64,000 bases of DNA from Acidobacteriota bacterium. Lineage in GTDB: Bacteria; Acidobacteriota; Blastocatellia; UBA7656. Position numbers and translations under genes: made by a program. Where the stretch lies: NCBI GenBank assembly GCA_016201275.1, contig JACQDB010000043.1:339-64338 (forward strand), written 5' to 3'. The first letter of the stretch is position 1, and every line of letters begins with the position of its first letter. This document shows, in pieces, positions 46,066 through 55,977 of the stretch. Below the pieces are notes generated by a model. That model saw only the letters and a list, made by a program, of their open reading frames with translations. It was not told the DNA's origin and did not search any database.

Positions 46066-46068
46066 AAT

Positions 46069-47106
46069 CTATCTGCGTTGGGCGTATTTCACATCAATCA
46101 AACTGGTATCATAATCCACTTCGCGATAGTCAATGTGTTTATCCGTCCACTCGTTGTCGCGGTATTCAATCGGATACTCTTTGCGAAGCGGATAGCCCGG
46201 CCAATCTTCGGGCAACAGTATGCGCCGCAAATCCGGGTGGCCGTCAAATTTTACGCCGAACATATCAAAGACTTCGCGCTCCATCCAATTCGCGCCTGCC
46301 CAAATTGAGGTGACGCTGGGCGCGGCTTCGCCTTCAGCAATCGCCGTCTTGACGCGCAGGCGTTGATTTTTGGATACCGAATATAAATTGGCCACGATGT
46401 CAAATTCCGCGCCAGTTTTGTCTGGCCAGTGCAGTGCCGTCAAATCGGCGCACATGGTAAACGCGCCGTCTTCGTCATCGTGCAGGAAGCGGCACAGTTT
46501 CAAATACGCATCTTTGTTGACGCGAATGATGCGTTGTCCGAAGGTCTTGACGGTTTCGGTGATGGCGTCGGGGAATTTGGCTTTGAGTTTATCAATGAAG
46601 GGATCGTCTTTAATCTCTTCGGTGACGGTTGGCCCTTTTTTAGCAGGCGGCGCGGGTTTGGCAGCGCCCGCCGTAGCGGCTGATGCAGGCGCTTTGGGCG
46701 GCGCGGCGGCTTTCGGCGGCGCAGGCTTTGCGGCAGCTTCCGGCTTGGCTGCGGCATCAGCGGTGGGCGCTTTTGCTTCAGCGCTCGGCGTTGCTTCTGC
46801 TTTTGCTTCAGCGCTCGGTGCGGCGACTTTTGCAGGGACTTCGGGTGTTGCCGGTGCTGTCGGTTTTTCGGTTGCGGCTACAGTCGAAGTTTCGGCCAGA
46901 CTATCGGCAGTCGTATTGCCTGGGCTGGCGCTGGCTTCGGGTTGAGTTTCGCTTGGTGTTTCAGTGGGTAAAGTAGGTGCGGCGACGTTGGCCGGTTGAG
47001 CGGTTGAAGCAACCTCGGCCTCAACCGTTTTCGCGTCCGTCGGTTCAGCATTCTCCGGGACTTCCTGCGTATCTTTGCTTTCGTCTGACATAATGGCAAC
47101 CTGCAT
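46069..47106 (-). CDS. nuoC: NADH-quinone oxidoreductase subunit C (30-kDa) with ~170-aa N-terminal Ala/Pro/Thr/Glu-rich low-complexity extension
   Basis: C-terminal half 'GANWMEREVFDMFGVKFDGHPDLRRILLPEDWPGYPLRKEYP' is canonical; N-terminal half is compositionally biased (PTAPATPEVPAKVAAPSAEAKAEATPSAEAKAP...). Confidence 0.85.
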   Translation of the reverse strand: MQVAIMSDESKDTQEVPENAEPTDAKTVEAEVASTAQPANVAAPTLPTETPSETQPEASASPGNTTADSLAETSTVAATEKPTAPATPEVPAKVAAPSAEAKAEATPSAEAKAPTADAAAKPEAAAKPAPPKAAAPPKAPASAATAGAAKPAPPAKKGPTVTEEIKDDPFIDKLKAKFPDAITETVKTFGQRIIRVNKDAYLKLCRFLHDDEDGAFTMCADLTALHWPDKTGAEFDIVANLYSVSKNQRLRVKTAIAEGEAAPSVTSIWAGANWMEREVFDMFGVKFDGHPDLRRILLPEDWPGYPLRKEYPIEYRDNEWTDKHIDYREVDYDTSLIDVKYAQRR

Positions 47107-47578
47107 ACTCGCGCACCTTGAAACCTCTAGGGCGCGGAAAAATAGTTACGGTATTGATGACTACTCGCTATTTGAAAAGCTGCTGGAAAATAACTCTGCT
47201 TCTTGACGCAGATGCTTTTAGCATAGGCTTGAAAGCCTTGTCAATCTCAGCCCCAAAACTAGGGCGATTGCAAAGTTGGGTAAGAACGAAAAATTCAGCA
47301 GACCAGTGCGGGCGTACCTCCGTGTGCGCCCCTTGATGAATCCGCGAATCATTGCAGTAGTCGCCCATACCAGTTGGCACTTGATTTCAGCCACCATCAT
47401 CAGGCAGACAGCCGAGCCATGCCGGTCTCGCTATAAAAAGGCAGGCACACAAACTGGCAGTGTAAAGGAGCAAAGGATGAGACGGGTTCGCCGAATCACA
47501 GCCATAGGCGGGTGCGGCGAATCCGCTCAATTGGTGGTCTATACAGATAGACGCTACGCCTCGCTTGATCTTCAAGCC

Positions 47579-48964
47579 TCAACAGCGGCATGACTTTTCG
47601 GCAACCTGCATGGCCTGTTTGATCGAATCGCCGAGCGAGATGCCGCGCAGATAATTGCCGCTTAAAAAAAGCCCTGTGCGGTTTTGCAAAGCCGCTTCCA
47701 CTGCCGTGATGCGCGCCGCATGACCCAAAATATATTGCGGCAGCGCACGCTGGTGGCGCGTGATCGGCAAGCGCCGTGGCTCGCCCGTGAGTCCTAAAAC
47801 TTTGTGTAAATCCTGATGCACGGTGGCGATCAATTCGTCATCGCTCAAGGTGATGGCTTCGCGGTCGGTTGCGCCGCCTATGTAATTGGTCAAACACACC
47901 CAGCCTGCGGGCGCACGTTCAGGAAACAGCGACGAATTCCACACCGAGCCGAGGGTTCGCAAACCGGCGCTACGCGGCGCTAGAAAACCGAAGCCGTCGA
48001 GCGGTCTTGCTAACTGTTCCTGACGATAAGCGAGCGGCACTGAAGCCAAACTCGCATACGGTATATCGGCAATCAAGGAAGCAATCTCCGGCGCGCACTC
48101 CTTGAGCAACAGCGCCGCCGCATCAGCCGGTGTCGCCACAATCAAGGTCGCCGCCGCCACCGTGTGCCGTGTGCCCTGATGCTCGAACACCACTTCAAAA
48201 CGCGCCGACGAATTCGCTTCGTTGTTGTCGCGTATGCTTGTCACCTGAGCTTCGCGCAAAAAATTCTCGCCTAAACTTTTCGCCAGCCTGCCAGGTAAGG
48301 CTTCGAGTCCGCGCCGAAACGAACATAAACGATAGGGACGCAAAGAACGCTTGGGCGTCGCTTGGCCGTTGCGCCCTGCGCGCATCGCTCGCAAGGCCCC
48401 GCGCAGTATGCTGCCGCCTGCAATTTCAAACTCCGGCAACTTCGCAAAGCTTGCCTGCACGCTCAATTGTTCGACATCACCGGCATAGACTCCCGAAACA
48501 AATGGGCTGACCAGGCGCTCCAATACCTGCCGCCCAAGTCTGCGTTCGATGAACGATGCGACGCTCTCTTCGCCTGCTTCACGGCGCGCTTTGATGAACG
48601 GTTCGCCGAGCAGACGAAACTTTGCGCCGATTGAAAGCAGTTTGGTTTTGATCAACGCCGGTGGACTCATCGGCACGGCGTGCAGCGCGCCGTCCACGTA
48701 AACATAAGCGGGCGCTGTCGCGTCGCCCGTCACCAATTCATCCTGCAAGCCGAGTTCTTCCAGCAAGTCTAAAAATTCATGCGTGCCGCGCAGACTGTTG
48801 GGGCCGCGTTCAATCAGAAAGCCATCGGCATCGAGGCTTTTGATGACGCCGCCTGCGTGCTTGCTGTTTTCGAGGAGCAGAATAGTTCGCCCCGCTTGTT
48901 GCAGATGACTGGCCGTGACCAATCCCGCTATGCCTGCGCCGATGATGATGGAATGAAGCGCCAT
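47579..48964 (-). CDS. hemY: FAD-dependent protoporphyrinogen/coproporphyrinogen oxidase (HemY/PPOX family)
   Basis: 'IIIGAGIAGLVTASHL...GGVIKS' N-terminal FAD motif; ~460 aa; adjacent to hemN. Confidence 0.7.
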   Translation of the reverse strand: MALHSIIIGAGIAGLVTASHLQQAGRTILLLENSKHAGGVIKSLDADGFLIERGPNSLRGTHEFLDLLEELGLQDELVTGDATAPAYVYVDGALHAVPMSPPALIKTKLLSIGAKFRLLGEPFIKARREAGEESVASFIERRLGRQVLERLVSPFVSGVYAGDVEQLSVQASFAKLPEFEIAGGSILRGALRAMRAGRNGQATPKRSLRPYRLCSFRRGLEALPGRLAKSLGENFLREAQVTSIRDNNEANSSARFEVVFEHQGTRHTVAAATLIVATPADAAALLLKECAPEIASLIADIPYASLASVPLAYRQEQLARPLDGFGFLAPRSAGLRTLGSVWNSSLFPERAPAGWVCLTNYIGGATDREAITLSDDELIATVHQDLHKVLGLTGEPRRLPITRHQRALPQYILGHAARITAVEAALQNRTGLFLSGNYLRGISLGDSIKQAMQVAEKSCRC

Positions 48965-48969
48965 ACGAA

Positions 48970-50382
48970 TTAGAGTGTACGGGAAAATACTTTTTGTTGC
49001 ATCGCTGGCGTTTGCAGATAAGCGTCAAAGACCATAGCGATGTTGCGTATGAAGATGCGTCCGAGCGCCGCGACAGCGATGCGGTCGTCTTCGCGGCGCA
49101 CCAGTTGGTCGCGCTCCAAGTCCGCGAGCCGCGCCAACTCTAAAGCAAAATGGTCATCGAAATGAATGCCGAATTCGCGCTCGATTTCCGACTTGATAAC
49201 CAAGCCATGACAGAGCAGGCGATTGATGACGGCGCGGCGCAATTGATCTTCGGCGCTCACCCGCATACCGCGCATGGTCGGCCACTCGCCGCGATCTATG
49301 GCCGCGTAATAAGCGGGCAAATCGCGCCAGTTCTGCGCGTACACCGCTTCGAGGCCGCTGATCGAACTGACGCCCAAGCCGTAGAGGTCGCAATTGGCTT
49401 TGGTGGTATAACCTTGAAAGTTGCGATGCAGCGAGCGCTGGTCCTGCGCTTTGCATAATTCATCGTCGGGGCGCGCAAAATGATCCATGCCTATGTAGCG
49501 ATAACCAGCGTCGGTCAAGCGTGCAATCGCCTGATGAAAGATGCGGAATTTCTCTAACCCTTGCGGCAGATGTTTGGCAAAACTGCCTTGCTGTTTCTTC
49601 AGCCACGGTACGTGCGCGTAACTGAACACCGCTATGCGGTCGGGATTCATGGCGATGATTTTCTCCACCGTGTCGCCGAAGCTTTCGAGCGTTTGATGCG
49701 GCAAGCCGTAAATTAAATCCACATTGATGCTCGTAAATCCCAACGTGCGGCAATACTCAAACAAGGCTCTGGTCAGGTCGTAAGGCTGCACGCGATGCAC
49801 CGTTTGTTGCACCAGCGGGTTGAAATCCTGTATGCCCATGCTGAGGCGATTGAAGCCCAGATTAGCCAGCACGCGACAATGCTCTTCGGTGGTCGCACGA
49901 GGGTCTATCTCTATGCCGATTTCGGCGTCGGGCGCGAATGAAAAATGCTGTTCAATGGCCGCATATAAATTGACGATTTCATCGGGCGAAAGATAAGTAG
50001 GCGTGCCGCCGCCCCAGTGCAGTTGTTCGACCTGTCGCGACGGCTCGATATTTTCACTGACCGTGGCCATCTCTTTTTTGAGATGGTCAAGATAAGGATT
50101 GGTCACCTTGCGATTTTTGCTGATGACCGTATTGCAGCCACAGAACAGACAGAGCGCCTGACAAAAGGGCAGATGAAAATAGAGCGACAGCGGCGCGGGT
50201 TGCGCTTTGCGGTTGGCCTCGCAGAAGGCTTGGCGTAAATCCTCCGCGCCAAAAGCATCGTCCCATTCGGGAGCCGTCGGATAGCTGGTATAACGTGGGC
50301 CGGGCTGGTTGTACTTGTCGAGGAGCGCCGGCGATAGAGTGGCGCGCTCGCCATTGAGGTTCATAGATAAAGTTTCGGTCAT
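48970..50382 (-). CDS. hemN: Oxygen-independent coproporphyrinogen-III oxidase (radical SAM, HemN)
   Basis: 'LYFHLPFCQALCLFCGC' CxxxCxxC cluster, 470 aa typical of HemN. Confidence 0.8.
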   Translation of the reverse strand: MTETLSMNLNGERATLSPALLDKYNQPGPRYTSYPTAPEWDDAFGAEDLRQAFCEANRKAQPAPLSLYFHLPFCQALCLFCGCNTVISKNRKVTNPYLDHLKKEMATVSENIEPSRQVEQLHWGGGTPTYLSPDEIVNLYAAIEQHFSFAPDAEIGIEIDPRATTEEHCRVLANLGFNRLSMGIQDFNPLVQQTVHRVQPYDLTRALFEYCRTLGFTSINVDLIYGLPHQTLESFGDTVEKIIAMNPDRIAVFSYAHVPWLKKQQGSFAKHLPQGLEKFRIFHQAIARLTDAGYRYIGMDHFARPDDELCKAQDQRSLHRNFQGYTTKANCDLYGLGVSSISGLEAVYAQNWRDLPAYYAAIDRGEWPTMRGMRVSAEDQLRRAVINRLLCHGLVIKSEIEREFGIHFDDHFALELARLADLERDQLVRREDDRIAVAALGRIFIRNIAMVFDAYLQTPAMQQKVFSRTL

Positions 50383-50745
50383 GCGCTTTGGCTTCCTGAA
50401 AAAAAATATGAAGCGCGGTTGTGCGATTCTTTTTTCCGCACCACGCTTGTCAGATCAAAGACCTAGCAATGCCTATGCCTGTTTTTATCTAAAGAATTTA
50501 TCGGCGGTTTGCCCGTGCGTTGGGTTGAATCACCTAATTTGCTGGGGAAAATTCCGCTGATCGGTCGCACGGCCAAGCAGCGCGCCACAACGGGCGCGCC
50601 AATTATCCATTTACTGGCGGCGCTTGAGCGAGCGCGTCAAGGACGCAAGGCCAACCCGCCATTGGCGCTTCCCTCGCCGACGATGTGGATGACTTTGCGA
50701 GCCGCGCTTAACGACTTGCCCTTGGCGCGACTGAACGCCCTGCCG

Positions 50746-52119
50746 CTACCTGCGCGTGAGCGACCAGAGATGGGCACAGGAGATTTTCAGCAAGCGCCAG
50801 AAGCCCACCAGAAAGGGCAAGGGGTCGCTCCAGGCGAAGATCGTCAGCTTCGCACCGTAGAGCGATTGCAGCCAGCGCCAGAGGTTGAGCGCGCCGAATT
50901 TTCGGTAGGCAAAATAGGCTTGAATCTCCCACTCTTCATTCACACATTTAACTTGTGGTCGGAAGGGCATACTCTCTAAACCATCGGGATCGGCAGCCGT
51001 CAGGTACTGGTAACCCATCCACGGAAAATCCACTCCGGCGCTGATCGCCATTTGATTGCTGGCGGCGCTGCGCGGATTGATTTCCATCAGGCGATAGCTG
51101 CCATCGCGTGCGTCATACTTGAACTCGATGTTGACCAAGCCGGTGTAATTAAAGGCGCGCAAAAGGCGACGGCTCAACTCCGCCACTTCGGGCGCTGCCA
51201 CGGTACGCTGTAGCGATCCGTCACCAAAATAGGGCGGCGACTGACGCAGTTTCTGCTTCGTCAGCCAGGCACGTTCGCGCCCTTGGGCATCCCAGAATCC
51301 CAGATAGCCATACAACGCCGTATCCGCGCCGGGAATGATCTCTTGGATCATAAAACGCAGATTGCCGACCGTCAGGCGTTCATAAGCTGTCAGCAACGCT
51401 GGCGGCGAATCAACGATGAGAACCTTTTGCTTGTCTAATCGCTGGCGACCTTGGTAGGAAGTATAAGGCTTGAGCAGACAGGGATAGACAAGCTGCGACG
51501 CCAGGTCGCGCAACTCGTCAAAAGATTCGGGGAACCAAGTCAGAGGAAGCCTCAGCCCCGCCGCTTGAGCAAGGCCGTATTGCGAGCGTTTGTTGACAAT
51601 CTGTTCCACGCTTTCCGATGGCGGTATCAGGAAACGAAACGATGACCGCAGCAACTCTCTATGCTGCGACACCCATAAACAATGAGCGTCCGAAGTGGCA
51701 AACAGCACCGCAGGCGAATCCAGACGCGACGCCACAAAGTCCAGCGCCGCCAGCCACTCCGGCGGGTGTGCGTCAGTCGCAGGCAGCAACAGCACTTTGC
51801 CGTAGCGCGTAAAGGCTCCGAGGAAAGGCTCGCTGTCGAGCAATAGCGTCGGGATGCCGCGTCTTCCCAAGCTGCGGACAAAACTCAGGCCGTTGACCGA
51901 AGCTCCAAGAATAATGGCCGGAGCTTTTTTGTCGCGGCACTGCCGGAGCCAGCGTTCAAGCTTGTGTGTGATTCGAGAAGACAAGTTCACTGATCTGGTT
52001 CCCTCCTCGAAATAAATTTGACGGTCGCCAGGCAAGTGCGATGAGCGTCGTAATCGGTTATGGGTTGCTGCAACCTGAAATCCGGCGACCTCACGCCGAT
52101 CAATTTGGCGACTCCTCAA
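50746..52119 (-). CDS. ATP-grasp domain protein (COG3919-like predicted ATP-grasp enzyme)
   Basis: 'PAIILGASVNGLSFVRSLGRRGIPTLLLD' pre-ATP-grasp region and 'RLMEINPRSAASNQMAISAGVDFPWMGYQY' ATP-grasp C-terminus. True start probably internal/non-ATG; 5' end uncertain. Confidence 0.5.
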   Translation of the reverse strand: MRSRQIDRREVAGFQVAATHNRLRRSSHLPGDRQIYFEEGTRSVNLSSRITHKLERWLRQCRDKKAPAIILGASVNGLSFVRSLGRRGIPTLLLDSEPFLGAFTRYGKVLLLPATDAHPPEWLAALDFVASRLDSPAVLFATSDAHCLWVSQHRELLRSSFRFLIPPSESVEQIVNKRSQYGLAQAAGLRLPLTWFPESFDELRDLASQLVYPCLLKPYTSYQGRQRLDKQKVLIVDSPPALLTAYERLTVGNLRFMIQEIIPGADTALYGYLGFWDAQGRERAWLTKQKLRQSPPYFGDGSLQRTVAAPEVAELSRRLLRAFNYTGLVNIEFKYDARDGSYRLMEINPRSAASNQMAISAGVDFPWMGYQYLTAADPDGLESMPFRPQVKCVNEEWEIQAYFAYRKFGALNLWRWLQSLYGAKLTIFAWSDPLPFLVGFWRLLKISCAHLWSLTRR

Positions 52120-53569
52120 GTGCCAGAACTTCGGGTCGCAAAGCTCGTCGCATTCGTGTCAATTCGCCTGCGGTGACAATTCGGAGCGCCAACAGTAAGC
52201 CGACATAGCCAATGATGAAAACGGCAAACAGCGCGACATTAACTTGCCAACTTGAACGCAGCCAGACCAGCGGCAGAAACAGCGCTCCCGGCAAAATGAC
52301 GGCGACCCAATGCCGCAGCGAATACCCGACCACACGGCGCATACGAAAGGTGAAGTAGCCGCCGTACCAAGCACCGGCAAGCAGCACCGCTAGACATCCG
52401 GCAAAGCTGCCCTGCCAGGCAATCAGCGGCAAGCCAACGCCCCAGAAACTGACGATCTGAAGCACAGCGGCTTGCCCGGCGATGCCCGGTTTATTGTAAG
52501 TCAAGGCCAGCAGCCGCGCCACGCTAGACAACGCCAGCGCCAACAACGCCAACATCAAAGGCCACACATTGTCGGCCACCGGCAAGTAAGCCGCGCCAAA
52601 CACCAGCGGCACCAAATCACGCGCCAAAAGCAACGCGCCGAAGGTGGCGACTACGCCAAGCACCGCCATCCACTTGAGCAGGCGCTCAACCCAGCGTTTG
52701 ATCTCCGCGCTGTTGCCTTGCGCCAACAAAGAACTGAGCAAAGGAGCAAAGGCCATGGTCGGTTGCCACAAGGCTTGTCCGGCAACCAGGTAGGCTTTAT
52801 AAGCCAGCCCGAAATAACCGACCTGGGCATAATCGCCGGACGCCACGCGCACCAGCAACTCGCCGCTCAACAGGGAAATGGTCAGCAACAGATTGCTGGC
52901 AAAAAATGATAGGCTGAAGCGCAGGTAAGGAGAAAGGTACTGGAAGTCGAAACGCAAATTCGACCACGACAGATACGGCGCAGCCCACACCATGCCGACC
53001 ACTAGCGTCAACAGTTCTGCCAGCATCAAGCCCAAACCTGCGCCGCGCAAACCGCCGAAATAAAAACCGGGAACCAGAAACATCAAGCTCAACCACTGGC
53101 GCAAAATCTCGCCCATCCCCCAACGCGCCGCCTGATTGAGTCCCAAAAAGAAAGCAAACAACAGCTTGCTGCTGGTCTGTAGGCAGATGCTGAGGGCGAC
53201 GAACACCAGCATCAGAGTGTCGAGTTCACCAAACCATAAAGCTGTAAACAGCAGATATGTCACCGCCGCCAGCAGCCCGTTTGACAAGCGCGCTGCCAGC
53301 AGGTTGCCTAAAAATTTCTCTATCCCTGAGCGATCCTTGGCAAGCACCAAAGGCGGGATGAAGCGACTCATGACCTGGGCTGAACTCAGACTGCTGAAGA
53401 TGACAAACCACATCGCCAGAGAGGTAATCAAAGCATAGCGACCAAAGATCTGCGGCCCCATCAAACGCGGCAGCAACAGCGCCATCAACATCCCTCCGGT
53501 GAGGTTTACGCCTCGTTGCGCCAGCAACAGTCCGACATTGCGGACAGTAGTTTGTGCTTCACTGATCAT
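52100..53569 (-). CDS. Polysaccharide biosynthesis flippase (Wzx/MOP superfamily)
   Basis: ~12-14 TM; N-terminal 'VRNVGLLLAQRGVNLTGGMLMALLLPRLMGPQIFGRYALITSL' matches the MOP flippase N-terminal consensus. Confidence 0.65.
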   Translation of the reverse strand: MISEAQTTVRNVGLLLAQRGVNLTGGMLMALLLPRLMGPQIFGRYALITSLAMWFVIFSSLSSAQVMSRFIPPLVLAKDRSGIEKFLGNLLAARLSNGLLAAVTYLLFTALWFGELDTLMLVFVALSICLQTSSKLLFAFFLGLNQAARWGMGEILRQWLSLMFLVPGFYFGGLRGAGLGLMLAELLTLVVGMVWAAPYLSWSNLRFDFQYLSPYLRFSLSFFASNLLLTISLLSGELLVRVASGDYAQVGYFGLAYKAYLVAGQALWQPTMAFAPLLSSLLAQGNSAEIKRWVERLLKWMAVLGVVATFGALLLARDLVPLVFGAAYLPVADNVWPLMLALLALALSSVARLLALTYNKPGIAGQAAVLQIVSFWGVGLPLIAWQGSFAGCLAVLLAGAWYGGYFTFRMRRVVGYSLRHWVAVILPGALFLPLVWLRSSWQVNVALFAVFIIGYVGLLLALRIVTAGELTRMRRALRPEVLALEESPN

Positions 53570-53615
53570 TAAGTGTTCATCAAGCCTGTTGATTTACCCT
53601 TGGTTGAAGGCAATC

Positions 53616-54140
53616 TCATCTCCCCAGCCAATGCCCTAACCACCCGCCGTACAGACTGGCCCCAGGATCGAGTATGGATACGCCATAGACGAAACCAGCG
53701 ATTCCCGCAGCGATGACCATCGGCTTCAACCAGCCTTCAGAGTGCTGCCGCAAATACCACAGCGTGTACAAGGGAAGGGCGACAAGAAAGCCCAAAAAAT
53801 AGAGCAGCGCCAACATTGCCAGCAGCCAGAAAAAGGCTTGACGCTCGCGGTCGCCTTGCCGCCTTTCCATATCCTCCTTCTCCATTTGTTGGCTGGCTTG
53901 TTTGCGTAACGGTTCAACCTGGAACAAATCTTTTTGCTCCCATCGGCGATAGGCTTGTGCCAGACCAGGCCGCATATCCATCAGCAATTGAACGAGCAAC
54001 AACAGCAGCGTTGGCAGCACCACAGCCAACGGCACCATACGCGCTACGCGCCCCAGCCCCAAGGTAAAACCGAATATCACAAGGGCAAAAGCCAATAACC
54101 CAAAAGTGAACCAGGCTCTTTGCTTGAACCTCAGCCTCAA
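53616..54140 (-). CDS. tctB: Tripartite tricarboxylate transporter small membrane subunit TctB-like
   Basis: 174 aa, 4 predicted TM helices, 4-bp overlap with tctA stop; assignment by size/context. Confidence 0.45.
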   Translation of the reverse strand: MRLRFKQRAWFTFGLLAFALVIFGFTLGLGRVARMVPLAVVLPTLLLLLVQLLMDMRPGLAQAYRRWEQKDLFQVEPLRKQASQQMEKEDMERRQGDRERQAFFWLLAMLALLYFLGFLVALPLYTLWYLRQHSEGWLKPMVIAAGIAGFVYGVSILDPGASLYGGWLGHWLGR

Positions 54141-55651
54141 CGCTTTTCTGCCCTCCTTGCTCGCAACGCCTGAATATAGGGCAAGGTCAAAGTGGCTACG
54201 GTTAGCGCCATCAGCGACAAAGTAACCGGGCGCGTCCAGAAGTTGATGCGCCCAAGCTGATGCAGCCGTATGGTGATGTGCAGATTGCTTTCAAACAACG
54301 GCCCTAACACTAGCGCAATCACCAGAGGGATGCGCGGCCAGTCGTACTTTTTCATGCCGTAGCCGAGGACGCCAAACAGGAAAGCGACAGCGACATCTTC
54401 AATTCGGCCTTTGTAAAGATAGGCACCCAAAGCGGCGAGCGCAAAAATAATTGGCGCAAGCAACTCGGTGCGAATGACCGTCAGTTTCGCCAACGGCTTA
54501 ACCATCGCTACGCCGAGAATGGAGGTCAGCCAGTTGGACAGGAACAAGGACCAGATCAACACAAAGACCAGGGTCAGATGCTGGGTCATCAATTCTTTTC
54601 CGGGAGCCAGCCCGTGCAAAGTGAGCGCCCCCAACAGCAGAGCGGTGCCTTCATTGCCGGGTATGCCAAATGCCAGCGTTGGCACCAGTGACGCGCCGTC
54701 TTTGGCATCGTGAGCCGCCTCCGGCGCAATGACGCCACGAATATCGCCATGACCGAAGTTTTCTCGATGGGTGCGTGCCGTCAACACCGCCTGTCCGTAA
54801 GCGACAAAACTGGCGACCGTGCCGCCGACCGCAGGAATCATGCCGATGACCGTACCGATAAGCGAACTGCGTAGGAACAATCCGAAGTTTTGAAAGACCG
54901 CTAAAACCCCTTCTCGAAGCGAGCCGCCCAACTCTTCCAAGTGGTGCTTGCCGGAGATCGTTCCTTTGCCCGTCACCGATAACGTGGTGATTTCAGCAAT
55001 GGCAAAAAGACCCAATAAAATCGGCACTAATCCGAGTTTGTCTTGCAGATAGAGGCTGCCGAAGGTGTAGCGCAGTTCGGCGGTCTGCGGATCAACGCCG
55101 ATAAAGCTAATCAGGAAACCGATCCCGGCGGCGGCCAGTCCTTTGATTACCGAGCCGCGCGTAATTGTCACAATGGTCGCCAACCCCCAGATTGCCAGCA
55201 TCAGAAATTCCGCCGAGCCGAATATCAAAATCGCTCCGCGCATAAACGGTATCAAGAGAATCAGCGCGACGATTCCAAAGGTTGAACCCAGCGCCGAAGA
55301 GGTGGCGGAACAGCCTATAGCGGTGCGCGCTTTCCCCTGTTGCGCCATCGGATGACCGTCAATCATGGTGGCGGTGCTGGGCGTAGTGCCAGGAATATTG
55401 AAGAGGATTGCGGTCACCGAACCCATGAAGGTCGCGCCGCCAACAAAAGCCCCAAAAAGCAGCATAATCGGCAGCGGCTCCCATTTGAGGGTGAAGGAAA
55501 TCGCCAACGCCATCAGGGTAAAACCGCTGATGCCGGGGACGAAAGCGAAGAGCATCGCCAACAACGTACCGATGATTGGATAAATAATATTGGGCCAGGA
55601 AAAGACCAGCAGAAAGGCTTCCCAGGCGGCTTGCAGTACGGGTTCTAACAT
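54137..55651 (-). CDS. tctA: Tripartite tricarboxylate transporter permease TctA
   Basis: 504 aa; DUF112 duplicated-repeat large permease with 'GxxxGxxPG(I/L)(S/G)' motifs. Confidence 0.8.
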   Translation of the reverse strand: MLEPVLQAAWEAFLLVFSWPNIIYPIIGTLLAMLFAFVPGISGFTLMALAISFTLKWEPLPIMLLFGAFVGGATFMGSVTAILFNIPGTTPSTATMIDGHPMAQQGKARTAIGCSATSSALGSTFGIVALILLIPFMRGAILIFGSAEFLMLAIWGLATIVTITRGSVIKGLAAAGIGFLISFIGVDPQTAELRYTFGSLYLQDKLGLVPILLGLFAIAEITTLSVTGKGTISGKHHLEELGGSLREGVLAVFQNFGLFLRSSLIGTVIGMIPAVGGTVASFVAYGQAVLTARTHRENFGHGDIRGVIAPEAAHDAKDGASLVPTLAFGIPGNEGTALLLGALTLHGLAPGKELMTQHLTLVFVLIWSLFLSNWLTSILGVAMVKPLAKLTVIRTELLAPIIFALAALGAYLYKGRIEDVAVAFLFGVLGYGMKKYDWPRIPLVIALVLGPLFESNLHITIRLHQLGRINFWTRPVTLSLMALTVATLTLPYIQALRARRAEKR

Positions 55652-55699
55652 TGAGTTACTCAGCGTCTTTCGGAGTCTTCACTCATTTTGATTTGTAAC

Positions 55700-55950
55700 A
55701 ACCCAGCCAGTGCTTGCGGCTATGCCGCTTTGAGGTGCGGAGAGGCTATGCCTTTCCGTAAACGGCGCTCCCCACTCTCGCGGCTGCGCCGCCTGTGGGC
55801 TTCTGCCGCCAAGCTTTTCTGAGGCGCAGCCTCCGGTGCGGCGCAGCCGCGAAAAAGGAGAGCCAACCGAACGGAGAGTCACAGACTCTCCGCACCTCAA
55901 AGCGGCATAGCCGCACAGCATTCAACTCTCACAACAAGGCTGGGTAGTTA
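55700..55950. repeat. Palindromic MITE-like element, copy 1 (~250 bp), between tctA and tctC
   Basis: Termini acccagccagtgcttgcggc ... ggctgggtagttact; internal inverted cores gccgctttgaggtgcggagag / ctctccgcacctcaaagcggc and the palindrome ggagagtcacagactctcc. Confidence 0.65.
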
Positions 55951-55977
55951 CTTTGCCTTTTTACTTTTGCCTTACTT

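Noticed and set aside
46370-46976. 191-aa and 97-aa Ala-rich plus-strand ORFs
   Set aside because: Antisense of the low-complexity N-terminal extension of nuoC; mirror-image low complexity.
50509-50979. 156-aa plus-strand ORF upstream of hemN
   Set aside because: Overlaps the 3' end of the ATP-grasp gene antisense; no SD; likely promoter-region noise.
55679-55921. 80-aa minus-strand ORF between tctA and tctC
   Set aside because: Lies entirely within MITE-like copy 1.
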